IMG/VR virus record: IMGVR_UViG_3300009703_004110
Coordinates: 268,271-332,270 of that record
Length of the DNA stretch: 64,000 nt
Strand: one strand, 5' to 3'
The position numbers were made by a program, and so were the translations under genes. This document shows positions 46,237-56,087 of this stretch, one piece after another; within the stretch, counting starts at the first letter, position 1; each line of letters starts with the position of its first letter. The notes beneath the pieces are model-generated. The model searched no databases and was not told where the DNA came from. It was given only the letters and a program-made list of their open reading frames with translations.

Positions 46237-46683
46237 CTATACAAACAAATCCATGTTAAACATTATAAAGTCTTTGATAGACTCTGGACCAGAAATCATA
46301 ATCTCTTCTGTGGTTAATATTTGTGAAGTATCAACTATAGATTTATTGACACCAACTAGATAGGGCCATTCATCTGAATCTTGCCTTGCTCTTTCTAGTT
46401 CACGAAGCTGCTGATATTCCGGTACGTTGCCAAGCCTGTCAAAATTATACTTAATCCAAATGGGATTATCCTCCTTAAAGTGTCCAACTAAAACAAGATT
46501 TGTATGATTTACACCAAGGTAAAAATTGTGCGGCAGATTATGTCTATGCTTTCCATAAATCTTTATCCAGTCGAGCCCACTTGAGTAAGTTCTTCTATGA
46601 CTTATAGTCGATGGAATTAAGTTTGTAAACATACCGCTGTCTTTAGCAGTATGATACAACTCACTTATTCTATCTGGATTCAT
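46237..46683 (-). CDS. hypothetical protein, C-terminal LDLF-module family
   Basis: ends IMFNMDLFV; ATGA overlap with the upstream gene. Confidence 0.6.
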   Translation of the reverse strand: MNPDRISELYHTAKDSGMFTNLIPSTISHRRTYSSGLDWIKIYGKHRHNLPHNFYLGVNHTNLVLVGHFKEDNPIWIKYNFDRLGNVPEYQQLRELERARQDSDEWPYLVGVNKSIVDTSQILTTEEIMISGPESIKDFIMFNMDLFV

Positions 46684-47273
46684 TTCTTCCTTGCAATCAT
46701 TAGCCTTTCTAGACCTAAGGCCCATCCTGCGCCACCATCATAAGGGCCGCCCCCAAGGATCTGCTTCTTGGTTTTAACAGAAGAAATCTCAAAGGTCTTT
46801 CCTGAGTCATCATATAGATTCAAACCCCTCTTCGCTCCATCTTCTAGAGACCAAGCGTTAGAAGGCAGAACCTTTCTGAATAGCTTAATGGCATCACGCC
46901 TCGTATCTCTACGAGCGTCAAGCGCATTATCCATCAGAAGTTCTACTCCAATCTGTGTGAACTCTCTTAGTCGTTCTGCATCAGTAGTCGACTCATTTCT
47001 AAAGCATCGAGCAACATAGTAAACTTTGCTCGCTCCAAGCTTTTGAGCGCCCATTCCTCTGACATAGTTGGTGACCTCTGGAGTCAACACAACACCATTA
47101 CCTAAGTCAAACATTCTGTTCTCAGTTCCCTCTGTACAGGAAGCGAAAACTTCTTCTTTGGCCAGGATTGGGATTTCAATATAACGGTAACCCCATGCTT
47201 CCAGCCAGGCTGAAATCTCAGCGATGAAGTAACCTCCGGTCAAGACTCTCATTAGCAGAGTAGGCCCTGACAC
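46680..47273 (-). CDS. minimal HisRS-like class II synthetase catalytic core
   Basis: GY..IEIP, L.PEVT, CFRNE..RLREFTQIGVE, GGG.YD, GWALGLERL then stop; 197 aa. Confidence 0.8.
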   Translation of the reverse strand: MSGPTLLMRVLTGGYFIAEISAWLEAWGYRYIEIPILAKEEVFASCTEGTENRMFDLGNGVVLTPEVTNYVRGMGAQKLGASKVYYVARCFRNESTTDAERLREFTQIGVELLMDNALDARRDTRRDAIKLFRKVLPSNAWSLEDGAKRGLNLYDDSGKTFEISSVKTKKQILGGGPYDGGAGWALGLERLMIARKK

Positions 47274-47290
47274 CTTGCGGCGTAATTAAC

Positions 47291-47938
47291 TTAGACATTT
47301 TTCTTTCCCTCTGTTGTTTTAGCCATTTTGGCCTCGACTATCATTTGAATTAATTCAATCTGACCTTTCAGAGCGTGCTTAATATTCTCATAAGCCAACT
47401 CTTGGTCTGGAAAACGATTCCTTGCCGCTTTAAGCATCGGCAAGATATGCTGCTTGCATTCTTCCATATAAGCCACCTGCTTCTCGCAAGAGAAGACTCC
47501 TGGCATCGTTTGGAAGTTGTGTACTCTGTCGCATCCCTTTACTATAGATGCAATTGGATTGGACGCCATATCTTTGTAATACTGTGTTTGATCCTTCTTG
47601 TCACCGCGATACTTCTTCGTCAAAAGCAAGACACCATCTGCAACTTGCTCACCAAACATAACACGAATAGTTTCAATTGGTACTTCATAGTCTTCAACTA
47701 CATCATGCAAGAGGCAAACAATGAATGTCGCCTCTTCATCACGCAAACCAGTCAAGGTTCGTGCATAATGCGTAATTGATATCTGGTGATGAAACTCAGG
47801 AGTTACCTTATCTTTTCTCAGTCCGTTGTGATATTCCGATGCAAACTCAAGCGCCTCAACAGCCTTGAAGTATCCCTTTCCCAAAAGAAAGGCTCTAATT
47901 CGTTCGCGATGAATGATGAACTTAGAAACAGATGTCAC
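47291..47938 (-). CDS. HD-domain (p)ppGpp hydrolase-like protein
   Basis: H.G.RKD..TP..H, LLHDVVED, K..DRVHN; GTG start after GGAGG. Confidence 0.85.
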   Translation of the reverse strand: MTSVSKFIIHRERIRAFLLGKGYFKAVEALEFASEYHNGLRKDKVTPEFHHQISITHYARTLTGLRDEEATFIVCLLHDVVEDYEVPIETIRVMFGEQVADGVLLLTKKYRGDKKDQTQYYKDMASNPIASIVKGCDRVHNFQTMPGVFSCEKQVAYMEECKQHILPMLKAARNRFPDQELAYENIKHALKGQIELIQMIVEAKMAKTTEGKKNV

Positions 47939-47964
47939 GACGCCTCCGTTAGTTATTTTAAATA

Positions 47965-48047
47965 TGGAGCGGGTGACGAGAATCGAACTCGCCATGTTTA
48001 AAACGCCTGCTTGGAAGGCAGGTTCCCCACCTTGGGGACTCACCCGC
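47965..48047 (-). tRNA. tRNA-Gly(TCC) with an enlarged variable region
   Basis: CCTGC-CTTCCAA-GCAGG, U73, 13-nt variable region. Confidence 0.85.
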
Positions 48048-48083
48048 ATATTATTCTTTATACTACTGACGCAGTATTTTAAC

Positions 48084-48524
48084 TCATTTTTTATTTTCGC
48101 CTAATGCGTAGATTGCCTCCATCGCATCTTCGTCCTTGGTTGCCTCAAACAAATCTTCCATTGAAGAAAACTTGACACCATGAAGATAGTATTCCTGAGA
48201 ATACCTATCTTCAACAGCAGGTCCATCAATTCTGTGAAGGCGGTCTTCTTCATCAAGATGAACAGCCACTCTCTGTCCATATTTTTCTTGGAAAGAAATC
48301 TTACTATCAGATTCCTCTGCAAAGTATAAGCCGTCAGTATTAATTGCGACCAACATACGATCTGAAAAGCAACGGACTAACGCCATTAGTCCGTCTGTAG
48401 TTTCTTGCAATAAAATAATTCTTCCGAAAGTAGGTTCTGACCGCGCAGCTATTCCGGGCTCCGCTCTCTTATTCTTATGGAACCAGACAGCTTTGTTCAG
48501 CAAATTTTCAACGCCATATATCAT
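48084..48524 (-). CDS. hypothetical protein with an LHRxDGPA motif
   Basis: LHRIDGPAV; paralog of 48521-48943. Confidence 0.65.
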   Translation of the reverse strand: MIYGVENLLNKAVWFHKNKRAEPGIAARSEPTFGRIILLQETTDGLMALVRCFSDRMLVAINTDGLYFAEESDSKISFQEKYGQRVAVHLDEEDRLHRIDGPAVEDRYSQEYYLHGVKFSSMEDLFEATKDEDAMEAIYALGENKK

Positions 48525-48943
48525 TTGACACCCAATTCGTAAATTGCATCCATTTCTTCGCCAGCTTCTTTTGCGGCATCAAACACAGCTTCTGCCGATC
48601 TGCATTGAACTCCTCGATAAAAATACTTATTTCCACCGTAATGCTTATGAGATATAAAGGCCGGCCCACCGAGTCTATGATAACGATCATTAGAATCTAT
48701 ATAAGCTTCAATCAACGGATTTTCACTATTCGTTAAGTGTCCATTATTTTCGCAACCTATATAAATTTTGCCTGCTATCGTATATGAATCAAGTTCACCA
48801 TTGTCAAATGACTGAACAATAATATTGGCCGGTCCCGCTAAACTATTTACACTTAGAATTCTTCCATATTTTGGAACAGTTCTAGTCTTATCATTAGGAT
48901 CTTTACCGTAGAAGAAAACGACTCTTCCTACTAAGACATTCAT
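48521..48943 (-). CDS. hypothetical protein with an HRxGGPA motif
   Basis: YHRLGGPAF; shared FGRI/YGRI and AIYxLG. Confidence 0.65.
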   Translation of the reverse strand: MNVLVGRVVFFYGKDPNDKTRTVPKYGRILSVNSLAGPANIIVQSFDNGELDSYTIAGKIYIGCENNGHLTNSENPLIEAYIDSNDRYHRLGGPAFISHKHYGGNKYFYRGVQCRSAEAVFDAAKEAGEEMDAIYELGVK

Positions 48944-49389
48944 GCCGTTACCTGCAAGATATCAAGATAGAACAAAATACTTTCCTTGTCTTTATTACCA
49001 AAAGCGATATCAATCACATGGTATCGGTCTGTCAGTCGAATGGAGTATTGATCGCCCTTTAGAAATAACATTAGAGTTGCCAAATATTACTCGGCTGCCG
49101 TCTCTACTCGGTCTTAATATAACATTAGAAGTTCCAACCCAAAAATCAAGGGACTTTTGCAAATGATTGTCAAAGAGTCAATCTCTACAAGCCTCTCCGC
49201 AAATCTGATATAATCACCCGGGCTATAGCTATTTACTGAACCACTAATCACTTCGGCATGTGTTCCACCAATCTGTGGGTGAATCTTACACTTACCTCTA
49301 CTGCACGGGTTCTTTGGCTTGCTATAGAAAAACTTTCGTAATATACTTCCTATAAGATCCATCGACCTTCCGTGCGGCTATATGTTAAA

Positions 49390-49466
49390 TGGCTGGGGTA
49401 GTAGGGTTCGAACCTACAAACCTTCCGGTTCAAAGCCGGATGCTCCACCAGTTGAGCTATACCCCA
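49390..49466 (-). tRNA. tRNA-Gln(TTG)
   Basis: T1-A72, TCCGG-CTTTGAA-CCGGA, GCCA end. Confidence 0.93.
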
Positions 49467-49748
49467 TTAAGTTAGAAGATCCATTTCATAAATTAAGAAG
49501 CTTCTAATAGAATCAGGAATTGTATCCCAGATATCTGCCGCCCGCCCCTGGCATATTAAGCGACCTGCCATATCTCTAATTCCCAATCTAATCTGACTTG
49601 TAGTTGCCAGTATACGAATATGATAGTTGTCAAATATAAACTCTGATCTATTCTCAGATTCATAATGCAATTCACAATGCTCTTCCAGTCGTACAGTTAA
49701 TATTTCTTTCTTGACTTTGGACTCTACTGCTTCTGACCAAGTATCCAT
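49467..49748 (-). CDS. hypothetical protein, C-terminal LDLF-module family
   Basis: ends LIYEMDLLT. Confidence 0.55.
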   Translation of the reverse strand: MDTWSEAVESKVKKEILTVRLEEHCELHYESENRSEFIFDNYHIRILATTSQIRLGIRDMAGRLICQGRAADIWDTIPDSIRSFLIYEMDLLT

Positions 49749-49769
49749 TATTAACTCGCAACATAAGAA

Positions 49770-49845
49770 TGGTGAGGCTGGTGAGATTCGAACTCACACT
49801 GGATGGCTTCTAAGACCATTTTCTCTACCGTTGGAATACAGCCCC
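49770..49845 (-). tRNA. tRNA-Leu(TAG), short variable loop
   Basis: ATGGT-CTTAGAA-GCCAT, ACCA end. Confidence 0.9.
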
Positions 49846-49878
49846 AAATGTTGAATAGATGTAGTTACCTATTCAAAC

Positions 49879-49908
49879 ATTACTACTGAACTTTTCTTTT
49901 TAACTCAA
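49879..49908 (-). promoter_or_regulatory. putative phage promoter, class A motif
   Basis: TTGAGT-TAAAAAGAAAAGTTCAGT-AGTAAT upstream of tRNA-Leu. Confidence 0.6.
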
Positions 49909-49921
49909 GTTTTAATTTAAC

Positions 49922-50125
49922 TTACTGAGTTGCTAAGAAGGCTTCGCGTGCTCCGTGTCTTTCTCCTGTCTTTTCATCAACAGATATTTGGCGCCTTGCT
50001 TCAATGTATCTTTCACGCATTTCTTTAACTAGAGGGTTGTCGATTCCGTGCCTTTCATACAGATCTTTAAACATTTTTGCTAGCACTAAACTCTTTTGAT
50101 GATAGAAGGTGTCTTTGTTTTCCAT
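49922..50125 (-). CDS. hypothetical protein
   Basis: 67 aa, RBS GAGGA. Confidence 0.5.
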   Translation of the reverse strand: MENKDTFYHQKSLVLAKMFKDLYERHGIDNPLVKEMRERYIEARRQISVDEKTGERHGAREAFLATQ

Positions 50126-50179
50126 TTATCTTCCTCTCTTACGCTCATCTTATTTGCCACCCTACCACCCTTTTGTTGT

Positions 50180-51181
50180 TTAGCCTTTCCAACCTGGAGG
50201 TGCTTTTGACGCCACCTTGTTTCCAGGGAATGGATTAGGCTTATTGACAGGCTTAGAGATAACGCCCCACTTTACCAGTTTAGCTCGTGTTGCATATCTA
50301 AAGCTTGTCAAACGATTTGGCTCAGAAGATTCTCTGGTGAATGATACCGAAGTAACTTTCATTGAGGTTTCCTTGCCATAGCCTGTTCCTATGTTTGTTT
50401 CGGGAGTAGCTTCAGAAGAAACATGATTAACATTTACAGTGCCTTTAGTTATTCTTCGACTAGAACTTCTGGTCGTAGTAGATGAGCTAAAGGTTCCGCC
50501 CATTGACTGCGATCCTGATCCGTAAACTATGTTTCCGCCAAGATTGTCATAAAAATTGTCCATAGGCCAAGAAGCATCCTTCAGCCAGTACTTGTAATCC
50601 TGTTTCTCGTTAAAGACCGCTACTCCAATTACGCCAACATTATCGGTGCCCTTACCCATCTTTGCTGAGTAGGACTCACCAGTCTTTGTAAACTCAAATG
50701 AAGCAACATCATCACTTGTTCTGCGCCATCCCTTAATATCTATTATACCGTATCCGCCGAGAATATACCCGCGCTTTTCGAAGGAGGCTTCCTCTCCGTC
50801 CATCACCGAAAGCCCGTCAACCGAGACTACAATTTCTTTTCTTTGATAGTCATTATTACGAACTCGGATTATATACTCTCCACTCTCTGGTGCCTCAAAG
50901 TACACCATTCCATCATGTGCGTGCTTGGTCATATTGCTACCAGCACTGATAATTTCTACTTCAACCATTTTCTTCTCCGTATTGATCTCTGGCTTTATTT
51001 GGTAGCCTAAAGATATCATATGATTTTTGATAACGGTATCCATAACACGAGATGTTTTTTCTTCGGTATAATACTTTTTAAGGGCCTCTACTGCCTCCAT
51101 CGCCGGTGGCGTTAATGTCACAGTTAGAAGTTTATTTTTTCTTTCACTTGCCACAGGCGCTCCCTCCATTGAGTATAACAC
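50180..51181 (-). CDS. hypothetical protein with putative N-terminal ribbon-helix-helix and a beta-rich domain
   Basis: LTVTLTP..helix..helix; VSVDGLSVMDG, GWR, NVGVIGVAVF; true start may be GTG 51154. Confidence 0.65.
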   Translation of the reverse strand: MLYSMEGAPVASERKNKLLTVTLTPPAMEAVEALKKYYTEEKTSRVMDTVIKNHMISLGYQIKPEINTEKKMVEVEIISAGSNMTKHAHDGMVYFEAPESGEYIIRVRNNDYQRKEIVVSVDGLSVMDGEEASFEKRGYILGGYGIIDIKGWRRTSDDVASFEFTKTGESYSAKMGKGTDNVGVIGVAVFNEKQDYKYWLKDASWPMDNFYDNLGGNIVYGSGSQSMGGTFSSSTTTRSSSRRITKGTVNVNHVSSEATPETNIGTGYGKETSMKVTSVSFTRESSEPNRLTSFRYATRAKLVKWGVISKPVNKPNPFPGNKVASKAPPGWKG

Positions 51182-51228
51182 AGTTATCTATATCAATGTT
51201 ATACTCAAAAGTATAACCATGATCAAAA

Positions 51229-51432
51229 CTAATCTGAAATTATTTTAAATCTATCACCATCGCTAGGGAGCATGGCCAAAGCGGAACCGTTATCCCACTT
51301 GACATAAACCTGCATACCCATATCAAAAGGCATCATTGCATGACCTGTAATTATTCCGGTATCACCTGGCTTTAAATTTGTATAAGGATCTTTAGTGTAA
51401 ACCAACTTGATACGAGTACCTTCTTTATACAT
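51229..51432 (-). CDS. DUF4314-like small protein
   Basis: GTRIKL...DPY..L.PG..G, V.WDNGS.L. Confidence 0.75.
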   Translation of the reverse strand: MYKEGTRIKLVYTKDPYTNLKPGDTGIITGHAMMPFDMGMQVYVKWDNGSALAMLPSDGDRFKIISD

Positions 51433-53501
51433 CAGCCTCTCCTGTTTGCTATAATATCTTCTGCAACGCTACGCGGAACCTCTGCGTAATGAGATAGCTC
51501 CATAGTATGAGTACCACGGCCGCTAGTCTTAGAACGAAGCTCTGTGGTGTAACTAAAGGTTTCTGCTAGCGGGACCATAGCTGTAATGATTGATGTTCCA
51601 CCCTTATCCTCCATGCCCTGGATTTCTCCACGACGAGCATTAAGGGTTCCAATTACTGTACCAAGATAATCCTTTGGAACAATAACTTCAATCGCCATAA
51701 TCGGCTCAAGAAGAACAGGCTTGGCGTTTCGCATGGCCTCCTTAAAAGCCATAGCTCCGGCTTGAGAATACGTTCGCTCATTAGCATCAACACTATGAGT
51801 TGAGCCATCAATTAGCCTGACCAAAACATCAACTACTGGATAATCAGCAAGGACTCCAGAAGTAAATGCCTCTTCGATTCCCCTAAAGACTGGCTGGATA
51901 TATTCCTTGGGAATGGCACCACCAACAACTTTATTAATAAGCTCATGACCGCTACCTGCTTCACGAGGTTCAATCTCGATCACAGCATGACCATAAGAGC
52001 CCTTTCCACCGGTATGCCTCCAGAGCTTCTTATCAGCACTAGCAGCCGCACGAATAGTCTCTCGATAAGAAACCTGTGGGCGTCCAACACTAATCCCGAC
52101 ACCAAAATCGTCACGAAGTCGGGTAGTTAAAACTTCAAGGTGAAGCTCTCCCATGCCAGCCATAATAGTCTGTCCGGTCTCTCGATCAGTCCAAACTTTA
52201 AATGTTGGATCTTCATTGGTAAGCTTGGACAAAGCAAGTCCGAGCTTATCTTGATCAGAGTTCTTATTTGGTTCAACAGAAACTTGAATCACTGGCTCAG
52301 GAAAAGACATAGACTCAAGTAGAATTGGATTACCACGAAGAGATAAGGTGTCTCCTGTAGTAGCGTCCTTAAGACCTACAAGAGCGACAATATCTCCAGA
52401 ACGCATTTCAGTTCTATCTGCTCGTTCCTTTGCGTGCATTTCAAGAATACGAGAGATTCGCACCTTGCGACCCTTGGTGGCATTATAAGCATTACTGCCG
52501 GATGCCATAACTCCAGAGTAAACTCTCGCATAAGCAAGGGAACCAAAGAACTTATCCGTTACAATCTTAAAGACAAGTGCACTAAATGCCTCATCATCAT
52601 TCAGCTGCAAAACGATCTCTTCTTCTGAATCATCAATAGCTTTAATTTCGCCAATATCAGCAGGAGAAGGAAGGTATCGTACAATTGCATCAAGCAAAGG
52701 CTGAACGCCCTTATTCTTATATGCAGAGCCACATAGTACAAGTGTCGCTTCATTACTCAGAGTAATTTCACGAAGTCCTGCAACAAGATTCTCAACTGAA
52801 ATACTATCTGTTTCTGACCACTCCTTAAAGTAATCATCATTAAGCATAGCAACCGCTTCAAGAATCTCACAGTGCATATCATATGCGTCATCGTACATAT
52901 CAGAAGGAATATCCGAGTCGACCATTTCTAGCCCCATCTTGTCCTTCCAAGTAATTGCCTTCATTTCCACTAGATCAATTACTCCCTTGAAATCAGGGCC
53001 AGAACTAATCGGTAACTGTAGCGGTAAGACTGTAGCTCCAAGGCGTTCAATCATTGAGTCTACTGCACTTTGGAAGTCTGCACCAATCGCGTCCATCTTG
53101 TTGATGAAAGCAATTCGTGGAACGCCATAACGCTCTGCCTGACGCCATACGGTCTCTGACTGAGACTCGACACCACCCTTCGCACAAAAGACTGCCACAG
53201 AGCCATCTAGGACCCTTAGGGAGCGTTCTACTTCCACAGAGAAGTCAATGTGTCCCGGAGTATCAATGATGTTGATAGTGTGACTATCCCATTCGACAGT
53301 TGTAGCGGCAGAACTAATGGTAATGCCACGAGCCTGTTCCTGCTTTCCATCATCCATTGTAGTGTTACCATCATGGACCTCACCCATCATATGGTTCTTC
53401 CCGGTATAGAAAAGAATCCTTTCTGTGGTTGTAGTCTTGCCCGCATCAATGTGGGCCATGATCCCAATATTACGGGTGTGACTAATTCGTTCGGTACTCA
53501 T
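51432..53501 (-). CDS. fusA: elongation factor G
   Basis: [37 protein letters not shown]; 689 aa. Confidence 0.97.
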   Translation of the reverse strand: MSTERISHTRNIGIMAHIDAGKTTTTERILFYTGKNHMMGEVHDGNTTMDDGKQEQARGITISSAATTVEWDSHTINIIDTPGHIDFSVEVERSLRVLDGSVAVFCAKGGVESQSETVWRQAERYGVPRIAFINKMDAIGADFQSAVDSMIERLGATVLPLQLPISSGPDFKGVIDLVEMKAITWKDKMGLEMVDSDIPSDMYDDAYDMHCEILEAVAMLNDDYFKEWSETDSISVENLVAGLREITLSNEATLVLCGSAYKNKGVQPLLDAIVRYLPSPADIGEIKAIDDSEEEIVLQLNDDEAFSALVFKIVTDKFFGSLAYARVYSGVMASGSNAYNATKGRKVRISRILEMHAKERADRTEMRSGDIVALVGLKDATTGDTLSLRGNPILLESMSFPEPVIQVSVEPNKNSDQDKLGLALSKLTNEDPTFKVWTDRETGQTIMAGMGELHLEVLTTRLRDDFGVGISVGRPQVSYRETIRAAASADKKLWRHTGGKGSYGHAVIEIEPREAGSGHELINKVVGGAIPKEYIQPVFRGIEEAFTSGVLADYPVVDVLVRLIDGSTHSVDANERTYSQAGAMAFKEAMRNAKPVLLEPIMAIEVIVPKDYLGTVIGTLNARRGEIQGMEDKGGTSIITAMVPLAETFSYTTELRSKTSGRGTHTMELSHYAEVPRSVAEDIIANRRG

Positions 53502-53568
53502 GATTTATTCTCCGTAAACTTATCCATATTGTGGATAATTAAAATCTGCAAGCTCTTCGGCATTTCAT

Positions 53569-53808
53569 CTAGACATTCTTCAATTTTTTTGCATGAAATA
53601 TAGTTCTATTTGGAAAGTCTGCCTCATAGAGTGAAAATAAAAGACCTTTTGCCTTTCCTCTGAAGCGCAATAAATATAAGTTATCTATAGAGTGATCAAA
53701 CCACCATCCTTCTTGATCAATAAATGGAAATCCATGTGTGTCAAAAAATACAGATATAAGTTTACTAGTTTCATGTGACTCATGTAGTAACTTCCATTTA
53801 CTTATCAT
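53569..53808 (-). CDS. hypothetical protein
   Basis: 79 aa, RBS GAGG. Confidence 0.45.
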   Translation of the reverse strand: MISKWKLLHESHETSKLISVFFDTHGFPFIDQEGWWFDHSIDNLYLLRFRGKAKGLLFSLYEADFPNRTIFHAKKLKNV

Positions 53809-53903
53809 AAGAACCTCAAGCTATTTTGGACTGACCACTAATTAAAGTAATCAGCCCATACATATTACAATAAAACTACGAACCGCCTTCCAAAAAAGTA
53901 TTT

Positions 53904-55085
53904 CTACTTATACGTCAGAGCATAAATGCTCTTTACAACTTCTTCAATCTTATCCATATCAGGTTCCTTTGGAACTACTGATTTTCCACTTCTCTCAATC
54001 TCATGAAGTTCATTCTTCTCGCGCTCGGCCCATTCAATTAACTTAGAATAAGACCAGTCGCCATTCCGAATTTCCTTCAACTCTTCTCTATCAGGTCTAT
54101 AAACCTGAACCACGCCTTGGGTCAGAACCTCTTTCCCCATACGGAGCAATCGAACCAAGTGCATGGCATGTTTGCAATCATAACCATACCTTGCTTCAAG
54201 TTCTGCCCGAGCAGGGTTTCGATTCTTCTTCCAGGACTGAAACGACTTCCATCGCTTCTTAGCAGCATCATACTGCTTTTCCTTTCTAAGTTCTGTCATG
54301 AAGTCATCACTAAAACCTAACCTAGAACCCATTGTATAGATTGCGGTGTCTCTAACTTCTATCCACTCGTCGGCGTCGATATCGTAGATGATACTAGCAT
54401 CTTCTGCTAGAAGCAAAAGCATGTTCGCTACGCCTTCCCAAAATGCCTCTTGATATTGATTGTCCGCATCTAATAGCCAGGGCGCAAGCTCCTGAATGTT
54501 TAGCTCAGCATAACGTAAAGCTGCGCCCATCTGATCGTGATGAATTCTCTTTGCAGGTGGCAGCCCAAAGTCTGCTCTGTCTGGTGGCGCTACCGGAGGG
54601 TTATCTAACCATCCCTTATGGGTTCGAATTCTTTTCAACTGAGACATGGCATAGCCACCGAACTTATATGCTGCACGACCAGATAGAAACAAGTCACGAC
54701 TATCTCGCAATAGTCCGCCAGCTTCTGTCATGTGGACGATGTGACGCTCATCAACATACAGTCCTTCAATGATATTAGGGTTGCAAGACGATGCCAGATT
54801 TACAAACTTATTAAAGCCGTAGATAACGCCCTCTTCATCTGCCTCTGGTAGTCCTGCTACCTCACTAACTCTTCCGCTCTTCTCTTCGCTCTTCCACATT
54901 ACTTGTTCGAATTTACGAAATGGAGATAGAATCTCAATCATAGGTGTAACTAAAACACCTTTAAAATCGGTATCAGAAGTAGGAGTATCAGTACCGTAAG
55001 ACTTAGAACCAGCTAATGTCAACAAGATAGTTGCATCTCTGATATCAAATCTTTGATTCTGAAATTCTGGCCAATTAAAATCCAT
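53904..55085 (-). CDS. Pol-beta-superfamily nucleotidyltransferase (RlaP/YcgL-like)
   Basis: GSKSYGT..SDTDFKG, NPN..E, GYD.KHAMHLVRLL, L..IR.G. Confidence 0.85.
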   Translation of the reverse strand: MDFNWPEFQNQRFDIRDATILLTLAGSKSYGTDTPTSDTDFKGVLVTPMIEILSPFRKFEQVMWKSEEKSGRVSEVAGLPEADEEGVIYGFNKFVNLASSCNPNIIEGLYVDERHIVHMTEAGGLLRDSRDLFLSGRAAYKFGGYAMSQLKRIRTHKGWLDNPPVAPPDRADFGLPPAKRIHHDQMGAALRYAELNIQELAPWLLDADNQYQEAFWEGVANMLLLLAEDASIIYDIDADEWIEVRDTAIYTMGSRLGFSDDFMTELRKEKQYDAAKKRWKSFQSWKKNRNPARAELEARYGYDCKHAMHLVRLLRMGKEVLTQGVVQVYRPDREELKEIRNGDWSYSKLIEWAEREKNELHEIERSGKSVVPKEPDMDKIEEVVKSIYALTYK

Positions 55086-55401
55086 CTATAACTCGCGCCT
55101 CAAAAGTCGTAAAAACCGCGTACCCACGCGCGTCTATACAAATTAAAAATTGATACATTGGAAATCTTTTGGAATCCGGAAACCAGCTTTTAATTACCTT
55201 ATAGATTCCAATATCTCTATTATCAGTAAGTTCAGTTGGCGTAATACACCCTATCTGAAAACCAAGGGTTTGTAGATCAACAATATCAGGAACCCCCTTC
55301 TCAGATGGCTCGCACAATACGGTCATTCCTGGCATATATTCGTTTGCCCACACCCATGTCATACTCTGTTGTATACGTATTCCCGGCCTAAACCTTGTCA
55401 T
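55075..55401 (-). CDS. hypothetical protein
   Basis: 108 aa, overlaps both neighbours. Confidence 0.55.
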   Translation of the reverse strand: MTRFRPGIRIQQSMTWVWANEYMPGMTVLCEPSEKGVPDIVDLQTLGFQIGCITPTELTDNRDIGIYKVIKSWFPDSKRFPMYQFLICIDARGYAVFTTFEARVIDGF

Positions 55402-56087
55402 TTCTTGTTAGGCCAACACTCAACACAGTGGCCGCCAAGATAAGTTATGGGCCACTTACTGCGATCCATTCCATCATTATGCATAGCACGCTCACCATAT
55501 AGCCGATTACATTCGGCGCATACACCATGAGTACGCAATTTGATCTTTAGGCCGTCATCTTGAACATAGAATAGTTCATCACCAGAGATAGAACATACCT
55601 GGATTTCACCATCAGTGTCTCGTCGAGCATCCTTTAGCCCTTCGATATTCCATTCCTTAGATCCATGAAGCATGTGACGAATCTTTGCACGAGGCTCAGT
55701 AGATACAGTTTTGGTTGCAATCACTTCAGGCTCCACGGCTGTAATTTCTTCTGCTTCTTCATGCTTATTTTCAATTTCAGAACGAGCATCATCTAACTCG
55801 GTCCATTCGCCACTTGGCGTTCCCTTAATACCAATGAGATCATGCACCCACAGTTGGTCTGCATACTCTACCACATGATGCTCAGGAAGACTCGGCTCCA
55901 ATGCTAAGATTTTAATCTTACCATTATCAAACCTAGTCATTACTTCATCATGCGGAAGAGTCCCCTTGTAAACAGCCTCAACAATAAGACGTTCCTTATT
56001 GTGAAGCTCTTGTAGCGGAGGAGTTAGGAAGAGAGTCATTAAAAACTCTTGACCAATATCATAATCAACCGTGGGCACACTACTCAT
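55398..56087 (-). CDS. hypothetical protein with C-terminal Cys motifs
   Basis: start trimmed to MSSVP; CxxC pairs. Confidence 0.6.
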   Translation of the reverse strand: MSSVPTVDYDIGQEFLMTLFLTPPLQELHNKERLIVEAVYKGTLPHDEVMTRFDNGKIKILALEPSLPEHHVVEYADQLWVHDLIGIKGTPSGEWTELDDARSEIENKHEEAEEITAVEPEVIATKTVSTEPRAKIRHMLHGSKEWNIEGLKDARRDTDGEIQVCSISGDELFYVQDDGLKIKLRTHGVCAECNRLYGERAMHNDGMDRSKWPITYLGGHCVECWPNKK

